Assembly (NCBI GenBank): GCA_951406725.2
Contig: OX597816.1
Span: 117,242,001-117,306,000, forward strand
Origin: Octopus vulgaris
Lineage: Eukaryota
Reading direction: 5' to 3'
DNA length: 64,000 nt
The notes beneath the pieces are model-generated. The model saw only the letters and a program-made list of their open reading frames with translations, was not told the origin of the DNA and searched no databases. Position 1 is the stretch's first letter. Every line of letters begins with the position of its first letter. Below are positions 35,500 to 49,700 of this stretch, piece after piece. The translations under genes were made by a program, and so were the position numbers.

Positions 35500-37387
35500 A
35501 TATAAAAAAAAATTACATGTTGACATTTGCGGGTGATGTAATACTATTGTAAAAGACAGAGACAAGGAATTTTAGACACACATAGACATACATTTATGCA
35601 TGTCAGTTGTCTCATATGTATATGTATGTGTAGATGTGTGTGTGTTTAATAATGTATCTAATGCAAAAACACACTGACATACACTTACACACATACACAC
35701 TCATATACAAAATGTGATGTTGTCATCGTCATCCTCATGGTTGAGCAGTTTGCAAATGCATAGGGAACAGACAGAATGCATGTCAGTCATCACATGTGTG
35801 TGTTTAATAATGTATCTTACGTGGAAACAGACACACTCACAGACACATACACACTCATATACAAAATGTAACATTGTCATCGTCGATGTGATATAAAATG
35901 TCCTGTAATATAGCTGACTATAGAAAGATTATCTCTAAAATGTTATATTGTTTCAATCAAAGTGAAAAAAAGAATTACATGTTGATACTCATGGGATGTA
36001 ATGATTTGATTTGGTCGAGCCATTTGAGAAGGCATAGGGAATTGACAGACAGGCAGACAAAGGTTTTATATATATATATATATAGGTAAGGAATGTTTTC
36101 GGGATTTTTTTCTTTTAATTTCATAGTTGTATACCAATATTATTGGCAGAGGTGTTAAACATGCACCACATCCCTTTACCCTTTACATTAAAAAAAAAAA
36201 ACAAACAGAAGGTGGCATGCATGTTTAACATCTCTACTGAATCATCCAAGGAGAAATAACATATTTACTTTATGAACAGCACCATAGACAGTTTTACTGA
36301 TTATTTTACTCAAAAGTAAGTAAATTCAAGTGATAGAAGGAACTACATTCAATAAATTGAAATTAACTGTTTTACTAACTGAAGGTTTTAATAACTCTGT
36401 TGCTATTTTTTTATTACCATTTCTGTTTTATTTTAGTCTCTCCATCTTAGTCTTTTATTTGCTGTTACTTTTTATCACTCAGTCCAGCTATTTCCAGTAG
36501 GTTAAGCGGTCACTTACAATTTCCTTAAGAGAGCCAGATAGGGCATTCAATGTATTAGACAGACAATATGTTGTCTGTTTTTCTAGATGCTCATCTGTTT
36601 TAAATGTACCAATTATGACCATCACATCCATTTGGGGGGGGGGGGGCTAAATACAGTGTTCTCCACCCAACCTCACCTTGTAACTGTTTTTAATGATGCA
36701 TAATTTTGCATGTGCAAAAGGTTCAAGAAATCTATTTTCTGCTTGGAAAATTTTTTAGTTTTAGATCTTAAACTGGGATATCCAAGCATCCTTGATAGAG
36801 CATTTGAGAGAAGTATGAATGCCACAGCTGCATTTCCCCATCACTATAATATCCTTTCCCTTGTAACCTCCAGAGAAATTGTAAGATACCAACTTCTGTT
36901 TTGATTCAAGAATATATATTTTATTGTTGCTTATGGTATTTAGGTCAAATAGGTCAAACCCTGATCAAGCAGAAAATTTATCGCAGGCATTCTAGTCAAC
37001 CATCTTGTCTTTCCCTTTTATTTTTAGTTGTAGTCATCTGAGATTGCATTATCCAATATTAAATAATGACGTATTCTCATTTCATATAAAGGATCATTTG
37101 GTATAATCATACAGCCAAATATTCTTGGCTTTGAATAAAGTTTGCTGATCTGTCCATCTTAGGCTGGCATTAATAGAATGGTTTGTTCACTTAAGCATTG
37201 CTTAATTGTTTGAATAAATATCAATGTTAAGGTTTGCTAGATTCAAATTGAGTATATGAAAAATATACAGGAATCTTTATCTATAATTGATTTTGATTTA
37301 ACTTTTTTTTTCAGCTTAATGAAACATTGTTATATAGCAAGAACATAATGCTAATATATTTTCTTATTGTATATCTTTTCAGTCAAA

Positions 37388-38686
37388 ATGAGTTTAATGG
37401 ATGAATTAGTATCAGCAGGGGTTGACTCAAATGAGTTTTTGGGCAATCCTCTGAAGTATGACGATTTTGTTGCAACAAATAATTTGGATGATTCCTCTTT
37501 GTCACATTCAGTTTGTGAGGACTTTACAGTGGACTTCACTGACATGAAAGATATTTACCCTGGCAGTAGATGTAAAAATTTATATGGTAATGTTGATACA
37601 ACTAACAATAATAATTCTTTGTTTGAAAACTGTACCATGAATTTGGAGCAAGAACTTGAGCAAGCAGTGACTTTAACTGGTTCCTCAATGGCAACTACTT
37701 CAAACTCGGTTACTAGTATTAAAGACCATGATGGAGATAATATTGGTAATGATGTTACCAATAATAGTAATGACCATGGAGATAATGAAATTGACAACAA
37801 TCATAACAGTGATTATGGGGATGATGGCTCCAAATTCTTATGTGGAAATTTAGTTGATGAATATGATGTTACTGCAGAGACAGACAAAGATATCTCGAGT
37901 GTTGTAAATAACTTCAGTCTTGAAAGAAACATGGAAAAAGAATGTACTTTGATAAAGGATGAAATTAATGATGGAAACAGTTTGGGAAGTCATCTTATTG
38001 ATACAGAAAAGACAAGACTTTCTACTGAAATTGCTGTTGATGTTGATATGACAGAGAGCCCCACTAAAATTACCAGTGATGTGGATATGATAAAGGCTAG
38101 GTCCCCTACCGAAATTGACCTTGATGTGGATAGGATAAAGACTGAATCCTCTACAGAAATTGACATTGATGTGGATATGATAAAGACCAGGTCCCCTACT
38201 GAAATTGACCTTGATATGGATAGAATAAAGACTGAATCCTCTACAGAAATTGACATTGATGTCGATATGATAGAGACTGAATCCCCTGTCAAAAATTCTA
38301 ACACTATAAATAGTTTTGCTGCTGAAGAAACTCTCAATGCTAGTATAAAGACAGAGCCAGCTTACAAAGTTACCGTTGACTGTAACAATGCAAACAGTGT
38401 GACAATGTCATCTATAAAGAGCGAGACTGACCATACAAATAAAAGTGTAGTTGTACAATCAGCACAGGATTCACAGTTAGAGGCCTGTGAATCATTTGAA
38501 GATTTATATCTGCAAGAAAAGTTTTTAAAGAAAGAAAGAGAAGTGGATTCTTTAAGAAAGCAGTTAGATGATAAACAAAAAGTGATTCATCATGCTGTGA
38601 ATTTTGGTAAGCAACTTCTTGAAGAAAATGAGGAACTCAAAGAAAAAGTGCACAAACTTGAGCAGAAAATGATTACAATTGATGAG
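37388..38686 (+). CDS. SPDL1: Spindly coding exon 1 (acidic extension + CC1 box)
   Basis: Acceptor ttttcag, ATG at 37388, donor GAG|gtaatg. 433 codons. Confidence 0.8.
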
Positions 38687-39668
38687 GTAATGTATTCTTT
38701 AGATAATCATGAATAAAGGCATGAGTTTGCAGTACTGAAAGTATATAGATGCTAGTAAATATACTCATTTTCTACATGCATACAAGTGCATGTATATATT
38801 AGTATGTAAATATTAGCATGTAGTTGCATGCTGAGTTATATATGTTATAATTTTAGCATCAGGTGGTATATAACAGATTTAAATATAATACTGTGATTTA
38901 ATCATTCACTAAATACTATTATCCATTCACTCAATTACTTTCTACCATTTTCAAATATAGTAAAAAAATCAGGTCAAATCTTAGCAAAGCATATTCTATA
39001 CTGTTGGTAAAACTATTGCCATGTGTGTACATATATATATGTATATATAGTGTGTAGCTTTCACCTGTTGACTTAAAGACTAGATCTACTTCTACATTGA
39101 ATTCTTTACAGTTTTTTCAATTTCAGTTACTTGATTTTTAGACTTGTTTCTATTACTTTATTTTTTTTAACACTCTCAGAAGGAATTTTTGTCAATAATT
39201 TCAATTTATCAAAATTTTCTCTGTGCACTATACTACATTTGTGAGTCTATCATATTTGTATTTAGTAAGTAGAATGCTCTTCTGAACCATATTATTGATA
39301 TTCATTACATTCTCTGTGTATGTATTTGTATGTGAATATAAATATACATAAAATATAGGGTAGTGAGTTTTTTTTATAGAAATTTCACTACCATTGGCCT
39401 AGCATGTATAAAAAGTTAATAGACAGCATATTCTCAATATGAAATAGTGTACATTTAAACACAAGAGAAACTGCCTTCAACAAGCAGTTTTACACACTAG
39501 AAGTAGTCAAAACGACCAAAGCCACATTTAAGAGCAATCTTCAAAAGGTAAAAGTTTTTATTTTTCATTCCTTTTGAAGATTACTCTTAAATGTGGCTTT
39601 GGTCGTTTTGACTACTTCTAGTGTGTAAAACTGCTTGTTGAAGGCAGTTTCTCTTGTGTTTAAATGTA

Positions 39669-39711
<43 letters not shown>

Positions 39712-40014
39712 CATACAAAAATGGGACAAGAACGCAAAACATCCAGACAGATGATACAAAGAAAACAAAGACGGATCATTCGAAGTTTTCTATCCTCAGT
39801 CGAGTTCCAGATTATCTTTGCAATAACCAGAGAAATGTTATACAATTGCAATTAACAAGACATACCACCAGGTGTCTTTTGACTAAGGACAAATTAAATT
39901 AAGCTGGCATGTGTGGAAATATCACCTAACTGTCTGGATGTTTTGCGTTCTTGTCCCATTTTTGTATTTTTTTTATATATAAAATATAGCGGTGTACATA
40001 CGCTTCAGACTCTT

Positions 40015-40058
<44 letters not shown>

Positions 40059-40679
40059 GGGGGTGCTGAAAAGTTCCTGGCTTTGGGTAAAAGAAAATAC
40101 AAGAGGATCAGTATTCAACATATTCCCCTCTCAGATTCACACACTTATTACAGCTGTCCTTCAGTTTTTCTATGCCCTGTAAAAGAACTGGTTGGGCCTC
40201 CAACCAGGCTCTTTGCAATACCTTTAAAGCTAGGAACTTTTCACCACCCCCTCATATATATGAATTAATCTTAGTGTTACCTGCTAAGTAGAATATGCTT
40301 TTCTAAAAAGGTATAACAAAACTAAAACCGGTCTTTTGTGTTCATAAGTTGTTTTGGAAACCCTGTCCACTCTCATATTGAATTTCCATTATTCCAAAAC
40401 ATTTATTGTAGACTTTTTCTCTTAGATTTTAAACATCGTTAGAGGTGTAGGCATGGCTGTATGATTAGAAAGTTTACTTCCTAACCAGATGGTTTGGTGT
40501 TCAGCCTCATCACTTAGCCAAGTGTCTTCTACCCTGACTCCAAGCTGACCAAGCCTTGTAAATGGATTCAGTAGACTGAAACTGAAAGGAGTGCATCATA
40601 TACTTACATATATTATATAGAAACCATGATTCAAATAAACAGATAAAACCTTGGGTCTCAATATACAAAATATGTATAC

Positions 40680-40732
<53 letters not shown>

Positions 40733-43700
40733 AAAAGGACGGCAGATTTAAAATTTTCAGATGATTAACAATCCAGTATAAATATAAACATATTTTTCAA
40801 TAGACCAAGCTTACTCAGATTACATAAACTCAAAGAATTAGAGGGACAAAAGTGTTACAAGTCCGACAGCTGTTTCTGAGGGCTCAGAGTTACTTCATAA
40901 TGTTGGCAGATGTAGGTCATCAGAAATTTGCAGCCAGTAATGGAAACAAATAAACATTGGTAAAATCCAGAGCCTCCTTCATCAGGGTGGATAGATAAGA
41001 ATATACATTATATATGTATGTGAGTGTGTGTTTACGGTTTGAATTCTATGAAAGTTGCTCAATTCAAGTAGCTTTGTTGTTACTTCTATCTACAAATTGC
41101 CTGCTCCTTTGCATTGAAGGCATGTAAATTAGATATCCCTTACTTGATAAACAAGTAAGGATTAGCAATGGGGGCATCTTGCTGAAAAACAATAGCTTAA
41201 TGATATAACCATCTAACCCATGCTAGCATATGAAAATGAACTGAGAGAAAGTTTATATCTATTTTATTGATAATCTCAGTTAATCTATTTTTCAGCTCAC
41301 TATATTACATATGTGAGATCTACTTTACTTAGTAGTCTTTGTGTGTGCCTATTCTAGTTTGCTAAATCTGATTATATTCTCAGTTTTATTGAAATCTTTG
41401 ATAGTAAAACACAGCTACCTACTAGCCACACTGCATGAAATCTTTCTTCAGAACATTCAGCTCATTTGTATACATGGAACTTAGAATGGTTTTGTTTCCA
41501 GTATCTTCCTTTCTCTTCCTTTATAGGCTGTGTGTAAGAACTAAAGTGGTTGATTAGTATTATCACCACAAGATATTCTTGATCTATTTGTTGATTTAAT
41601 CCTCAGATATATTGAAATCTTTTAATTACTACATTCCGTTCTGTTTGTCTTGCAGGAACTGAAAAATGAGATACATTCTACAAAATTGAAGTTAGAATCC
41701 AAAGAGTACATGGAAAAGCAATACAATGAAGAAATTTCTCTGCTCCAAAATGAAATAACTCAATTTAAAACAGAGGTGGATTCATACCAGAAACAAGAAG
41801 CTACTTTGAAAAGAGAAGTAAGTTAAATAGTTTTGTATGTGAATATATATACTCCCTGAATTTTGTAAACTCATCAGCTTCATGATTAATGATATACAGC
41901 TTTGTTTTGTGGGAGGAGAAGATATACTTATGCAATCATATATGTGCAGAATCTGTAATGACCGGAACCAAAGTTTCACAATTATGAAAATTCAAGGAAG
42001 GTCAAAATCATGTGATCTGGTGGTCTCAGCATTAGACATGGTAGGGATTTATCCTCCTGCTAGCGATATAAACAAGAATGCATTTTGCACTAAAAGCCAA
42101 TATGAGAGGTTATCTCCTGCAGTATAATTTGTTCTAACAGAACATCCATGTTTAAGTGGGCATAAATATTACCTTTCAGTATTGATGTTGCCTCTGTTAA
42201 TATTATGAACATTATGCCCATAGTAGAACTGGATTTTGAAGTGGAGTGCCAAAGTGGTGTACAGAATAGACAAAGAACTTAGATTCTTGAGGCCCCATTA
42301 ACAGTTCTGCTATACTAGAACATGGGTGACTAGGTGATCTATATGTTGTGGTTGTAGAAGTATTCAAGTTAAAGTTAGGCAAATTACTCAGGAAGAGCTT
42401 ATCCATACCACCTGTAATTCTGAAACCGAAGGAATAAGTTACATCTTCATACACTTCCTCTTCATCAAAAACCAGTCATTGTAATTTATACCTTTTCCAA
42501 GCTGGCATGAGAGAGGTGAGTCTGCAGTACACCATATTGTCGTTCCTGTCAATTTTATGGTATTTTGGTTGTGAGGCCTAACATACTGAGGTCCAATCCC
42601 ACCATTTCTTCCCTTGACTTCCTTTATCTTTAGCATTTATCAAGTCACCATTACATATTCATACAAACGGTCCCCTATCCTGCAATGCTTTTAATGCCCA
42701 GCTGTTCCTTCAACCAACTTGTTCCCTGCTTGTCAAGAAAAATGTTTCATACTCAAATCAATTCTCTGGCCATTGCAGATTTTCTGAATTGAATGCACCA
42801 TCATATTTCTTACATATAAAAAAGGTAGTTTATATAAAACCACCTTTTTGTCTATATAAAACATATGTACCATGTTACCAACAAAAATAACTCCAAATGA
42901 ACCTCTTTCACTTCAGTCCTACTCCAGCACAAAGTAAGTTACATATGTAACAAACCATCAGTTATATCTCAGTGAGCCATGTGGGTACTATATGTACAAC
43001 ATTTCACTGGTACTCCAACTGCTATCTTGCGCAGCTGAAGTCTTGTTCTCTTGTTTATTTACCAGAAATCATTATACTTTTTTGAATATCCATTGCATGC
43101 ATTGAGTACACATAAAGTTGCTCTCTACTCTCTTCTAATATATTGAGCAAGGCCATTTTTCAACTGGTACTAGGATTTTGTTCTCCTTATTTATGATTAG
43201 TACTCTGCTTTATCCCATGTTTGCCTAACAATGAACTACATTTGTGCTATGGTGAAACCATAGCTGGAACACTGAAACCTATACAAAATACAAGAAAGAA
43301 TATATACCTACTTATTTAATGTGATCAAAAGTCTCTCCAAACTCAAGAAATTTTTGCTGTAAGTACATGGGCTCTGTCATGTCAATCAACCTCTCGTAAA
43401 AATTGCTGTGCTTTATGCCTAAATAAGAAATCCTTGTTTAGTCTAAAGAGATACAATAAAAATCCTCAACCTTTTGAGGACTTCATTAATTGGGATATAG
43501 TAACAGTTGGGGCATGGCTATTCATGTTTAGTTTGTACTTCAGGAGGTATTTGATGGTAAAAACACAAAGATAGTGGGGGAAATTCCAGAAGGGTACTAT
43601 TTCAAAGAAGAAAAATCTAACAACATGCCTAATTCTGGGTCTGGTGAGATGTAGCTGGGGTAACTGGAGGAAGAGAGATTGTCAAGATTAATTTAGATAA

Positions 43701-46700
43701 GTTCAGAGGATTGCCTACTATAGTAGCTGCCAACTTTTTCAGAATATTTTAGACAGCAGTTATGATAAATCTGATTGAACACTTCTTTTTTTTACACATC
43801 ATAACACTGAAGAAAAAAATTGCATATTAGTCATCAGATATTTTTGTCGGATTTTACATCTCATAATTAGTGATATGCATTAGACATGAATAAATATAAT
43901 ATTTATATAGGTGCTGATGTAGCTGTGTGGTTAAGAAATTTGTTTCATGGCCAGATGGTTCTGTGTTCAATTTCACTACATGGCACCTATGGCAAGTGTT
44001 TTCTGTATCAAAGCCTCAAGTTTTACTCATTCTTTGTGAGTAAAATTTAGTAAGCAGAAACTACAGAAGCCTTTCATGTGCATGTATGTTTGTAAATTTT
44101 TTGTGGAATTTACTTACACCTGAAAAAGAGATTGAGTTTACTTTGAATCAATAAAATGAGTACCAGACTAATACTGAAGTCAGTATAATAGATGGAAACC
44201 CTTGAAGATAGTACCCTAGTATAGCCACAGTTCAGTTACTCAAATCAGTGAAAAAGTATGTATTGATTATTATTGTAGATATATATATTGTTTGTTATTG
44301 CTGTAACATGGAATGCAATCTTTCTTTATATTTGCATACAATTTGAATTAAATGATGCAGTTGAGAAACAAAGATGACTTACTTGAACAGTCAAATTTAA
44401 AGGAAGAACAATTAACTGCAGCAATTAAAAATTTAGAAAAACTACTACTTGAGAAAGCTGAAGAAGTTTCACATTATCCATCTCAAAGTTTATGTGATGA
44501 TAATCAACAGCAAGTTGTACTGGAGAAAGAGGTGTTAGAACTTCAAACTGAATGTGTAAGTATCCCTTTTTTTTTTATTTGAAAAATTGGCAACTAAAGA
44601 ACCATTGAACATAATGTCATTCTTATGTAAAATATTACAATTGAATAATCAAGCAAAAAGATTCATGCGAGGTCGTTGCCAGTACCGCCTGACTGGCCCC
44701 TTGCTGGTGGCACATAAAAGCACCCATTACACTCTCGGAGTGGTTGGCGTTAGGAAGGGCATCCAGCTGTAGAAACTCTGCCAGATCAAGATTGGAGCCT
44801 GGTGCAGCCATCTGGTTCGCCAGCCCTCAGCCAAATCGTTCAACCCATGCTAGCATGGAAAGTGGTCTTTAAACAATGATGATGATGATGAATAAAATCC
44901 AATAAGCCATTTTGGATTTGTTTATTTAGAAGCATTCAGAAGTTATTTAATCTTTTCATCATTGTAATACATGATGCTAATGAAAAGTCATTGATTATGG
45001 GACCAAGATTAAAAATAATTTATTAGTATCTTAAAATGAAACAGTAGAGAAGGTCAAGGCAATACAGTGTCAGATTAAATCTTAATGTGGTTATCACTTC
45101 TAAACCCATTATATCTTTCCTTTAAATATTTGTCTGCTACTACTGTTGAAAAAAAAAACATTCCAGGTATGAAAAAAAAAGCAAATAAATGTTAAAATAA
45201 GATCTGCTCGGAAGTGATGTTTAAATATAATGACTTATAACATATCTCTCTCTCTCTCTCTTTTACTCAATATTGCTTTACAGACAAATTTGAAAATTAA
45301 AATTACCAGCAGTCATGCTAACACAAATCGAGTGGAGGAGGAGTTGTTGAGGGTTAAAAGAAGACTTGATGAAAAACAGCTAGAATATGAAGAAGTAAGA
45401 AGTGAAATGAACTCCTATCAAAAAACTCTTGAGGTATGCTTTGTAAAGCCATTTACTTGATGTAAAGAATTAATTAAATTAGCTTCGTGAGTTTCATCAT
45501 AAAATATCAACTTTATTTGAGTGAATAGTTTGGTGAATTGCACCCTTGAAATTGAAGAAGTCATTTATTTTTAACCCTGTAGCATTTAAACCAGCCTCAT
45601 CTGGCCCAAATATTCTGTTTTATGTTCGAACTGGCCAAATCTGGCCTACCATGTCATTCTGAAAAATAAACAATCTCATCAACGACTTGTCAAAGATCCA
45701 AGATAATGCATGATTAATTCAAAACTGTGAATAAAATATGAATAACATTTGACAGAGTAATGTGAATGCTAAAGGGTTAAAGTTTAATGACTGATGATTT
45801 AATAAATCCAAATTACTCTTATAATATCTCATATGTTTTAGCGTTATATCATTATTGTAATATAATATTGCTATTTTCCATGAAATTAGCTATATAATAT
45901 CTAATTTTATATTTCTCTTGATGTAGGTATCTCAAAGAGAAATCCTTGACTTAAAGGCTCAGTTGTATGCTGCTCAGGTTGAGAACATGAATCGGCAAGA
46001 CAGAGGCAATTCTCTTTTCTCTGAGGTAACTACATTACAGCCTTATTAATTTATCTTAAAAATTGAGTGCAAACGATTAGCTTGTAAGAAGTGTTCAAGC
46101 ACTGTATAAGGAAAAGCTGTTGCAAAAAATGTAAAGTCGTGTATGAATGAAATGTGAGTAATAGATGAACAGGGTATTCTAATGTGATCCACTGAATGTA
46201 CTACAAGTTTCAACATTGGTGAATTAAGAGAGAATGATGATTATTGGTATTGCATATTAAAGGTTCAATATTAAATTGCACAGGTTAGTGGTTGAAAGTG
46301 CATTAAAGTGGAGATGAGTTGATGCAAGATTGAGACTTGTGTGAGAAAAAAAAAAACTTTTTCAGACTCTTTCAACCAGTTCAGCATAATAAAATGGTTA
46401 TGATAATGATGTTAATGTTTGATATTGAGGAATTATATTTAAAACAGTCAAACTTTGTTGTATCAAATTTGTAATAAACTGGCTATTAATAGAATATTAT
46501 AGGCTATACTTAAATGTCACCATCATATATGCTTTTGCAGCACGTTGATGACACCACGACAAAAGTCTTCCTGATTAACCATGAATTCTCCAATCAGATA
46601 AAATCATAGTGTTACTTCATTCTGGCTTTCATAGTATTTTCTTGGCAGAGATATTGGGATGGTTTGCCATTGCCTTCCACAGCTGGCTGGCTGTTAGCCC

Positions 46701-49700
46701 ACAAGGAGCCCATCCACCCTTCAACAGGTCTTGTTTCTAGTCTTATCAGGTGTCCAGACATCCTCATCACAAGAGTTGTAAGCTACTCGAATTGGGGATC
46801 CAGTTCAGTTGCCGACCACTTGACCATAGAAGAGGTAATACTGGTTTACATGGTATCTCTGACATGACTCGTATAAATGGCTGTTATAAAAATTAATGTA
46901 ATCTTTTTATTTGGTGTATTAGATCCATAATCCCTTAAAGACTTAGTTATTATACTGTGTATTTAGGATGTCATCCAATACCACTCTGTAAATACTTAAT
47001 TCAACACTTCCCAAGGTTATAACAAACTAACCAACAAGAGTGTCTCTACATACTGTGAAACAGTGAAATTTTTCTTAAACCACAATTTAAATTTTCAAAG
47101 TTACATAAGAAAAGGGAAGGACACATTAACTAAGGTATTCATGGATACATTGTCTGAAAATCAGATCGTGTAGTTATAGCTGAAACTCTTTGATTGTAGG
47201 TATTGTTGTTCAGAACTGACTTGGGGATAAACAGTACTCAAAGTATTTATAGTAGTGTGAATGTTGTATAATCAATGAGTACTTGTAATATTCACAACTA
47301 GGTCATTGAAATCTCTGCCATTAACATGTCACAAGTGGTCACAGGTTATGAATTATTAATTGGTAGTCCAACTGACCATCATCATTTAACATCCGTTTTC
47401 TATGCTGCCATGGTTTGGACGGTTTGACAGCTGCCAGCAAATCCATGCCATGTTCTACTGTCTGCTTTAGCATGGTTTCTATAGCTGAATGCCCTTCCTA
47501 ATGCCAACCACTCTACAGAGAATACTGGGTGCTTGCTACATGGCATCAGCAGCAGTAAAGTTGCCAAATAACTTCAAACTGAGTAGGAAGTAGTGTTGAG
47601 GTGAGTGGCTTTGTACCAAGTGATGAAAGGTTAGGATATAAATAGAGTGACTGAACTAGCTATCTTGCAGTAAAGGAGACACATGGTTACGCCTTGGTAG
47701 GAAACAGACTGGAGATGATAATGATGATGTGATGGTTGGGTACACTCAAGTTACAGAGTGGTGTATATAAGTGAAGAGGACCTAAGAATTGGGTAAGGTG
47801 GGTGGGTGGGTGGGTGAGTAAGTTCGTGAGATTGCAAAAGGAGAGTAGGTGTTGGAGGGGGGAGAATATTGTGAGTGAACACAGAGGGAGGGGCTATTGG
47901 TAGATATCTCATGGGAAAGAGATTGAACAGGGACACACTGTGGTGCAGGTAGGTTCGTGGGGGTACAAAAGGAGAATGGGAGATTGAGGGAATACAGTGA
48001 ATGGTGAACTTAGGTGAGGAGATGTAGGAAGTGTTGGGAAGATGGGTTGTGTGGGAAAGATTTGTCAGGGACAGACTGTGCAGAATGACATACCTTTATG
48101 ACCTTCATTTTACTTATCTGGACTGGTCTTCTCAAGCACAGGAAATCACCAATCATCTCCATCCTTTGTCATCTCTTCTGTAAGGCTCAACATATGAAGA
48201 TCATTTTTCACCACTTCATCCCACATCTTTGTGGATCTTACTCTTCCACAGATTTCCTCCACATTTAGAGATCAGCGTTTCTTAATGCAGTTGTCTTCAT
48301 TTGCATCACATGACCATACCAGTGCTGTCTTCTCTCTCAACACATTGGTCTTTGTTAAATTAACTCTGAGGTACTTTGATTCCAGGCCTTGTTTTCTTCT
48401 TTACTTCTATAGATTCATCTATAAGAACAAGATTCATCAGCATAGAGAAGCTCCCATGGGCAACCAGCTTTAAAATTATTTTATGGCCTGGAGGACTATA
48501 ATAAGCAAAAACCTAAGAACTGAGCCTTGGTGATCTACCTGCTCATTAAACTTGTTAACACACTCATTACTGACTTTCACTTTAATAATAGCATCCCTGT
48601 ACATGGCTTGGACTGCTTTCAGCATATCAACAAATACCAATTACAGCAGTTTATTTTTGGCTAAATGCTTCTGTTGTAGTTACCTTACTTGGAAGATAGC
48701 ATCAGTAGTGTTTATCCTGGCACAAAACCAAACTGCATCTCATCTAGGTTGATTCTCTTCCTAATTAGTTGAGCTATGACCCTTTTTATAACTTTCCTAA
48801 ACTGGTCCAGAAATTTGATACCTCTATAATTACTTCTTTACCTTTGAGCAGTTGACTATGATGCTGCTACTCCTTTCTGGATGAAATGATTAACTATACA
48901 GGTGACTAGGATGTATCCCACTCTGCCAGGTATTTAAAGCATCTGTGGTGATTCCTGATGGATCAGGAACTTCCCCTTCATATCATTAATTATCTATCAT
49001 ACAGTTGTCACCTTGGATAGCTGATCCCTCTGTTGGGTCCATATTGGGAAGGCCTTCCTTTTCCCATGCATTCCCCACAGTGAACTGTCTTTCATAAGGA
49101 CACTGCCTAGCCACTTTCTTTTCAGAGTCACTAAGTGCAAGTGTACCAACATTCATTCAAACACATCTCTCCAGCATCACAATTTTTTCTGACACACTGT
49201 TTTGCAATCCGAAACACCTCAATCCTCTAGTCCTTATACCACTGACAAACTTTTTCCTTTCTGCTTCTCCCCTAGCTAAATTTACCTGTCATGAAGCTTC
49301 TCTTCTAGCTACCTGGTATAGTTCTTTGCTCCCCCAGCTCTTCCAGTCCTTCCACACTTGTTTCCTTGCTCTTTGGCACTATCTATTTCACTGTTCTACC
49401 ACCATGTTACACTAGATCTGGCTGGAACTTTACTCAAATCCCTCCAGGTGCTAAATGCCTTAAGCCTCTGAAGAAAGACTCCTGTTATATACCTTCATCA
49501 AATCAACATAATAGTTCGACTTTTTCCAGACCTTATTCAAGAAAGGAGTTGAACTTAGTACTACCAGCTAATTACTTTTTTAACTTTTAGCATTGCTACT
49601 CATTTTGGAGACTGTTCCTTCTAAGTTGTAAAACTAGGTTGATTGGGTCATTTGCAAGTTAAGTGTCTTGTTCATACACAGAGGATGTGCATTGATAACA

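Noticed and set aside
30593-35565. Repeated short ORFs (82, 84, 73, 140 aa) as genes or gag remnants
   Set aside because: They recur only because of the 2137-bp duplication and show no recognisable motifs.
36148-36235. Small hairpin as a pre-miRNA
   Set aside because: Short arms around an A-rich spacer. More likely a tiny MITE remnant.
37367-37387. ORF-track start for the 449-aa ORF
   Set aside because: Non-ATG start lying in the intron acceptor region. ATG at 37388 is preferred, and the ORF continues by splicing at 38686.
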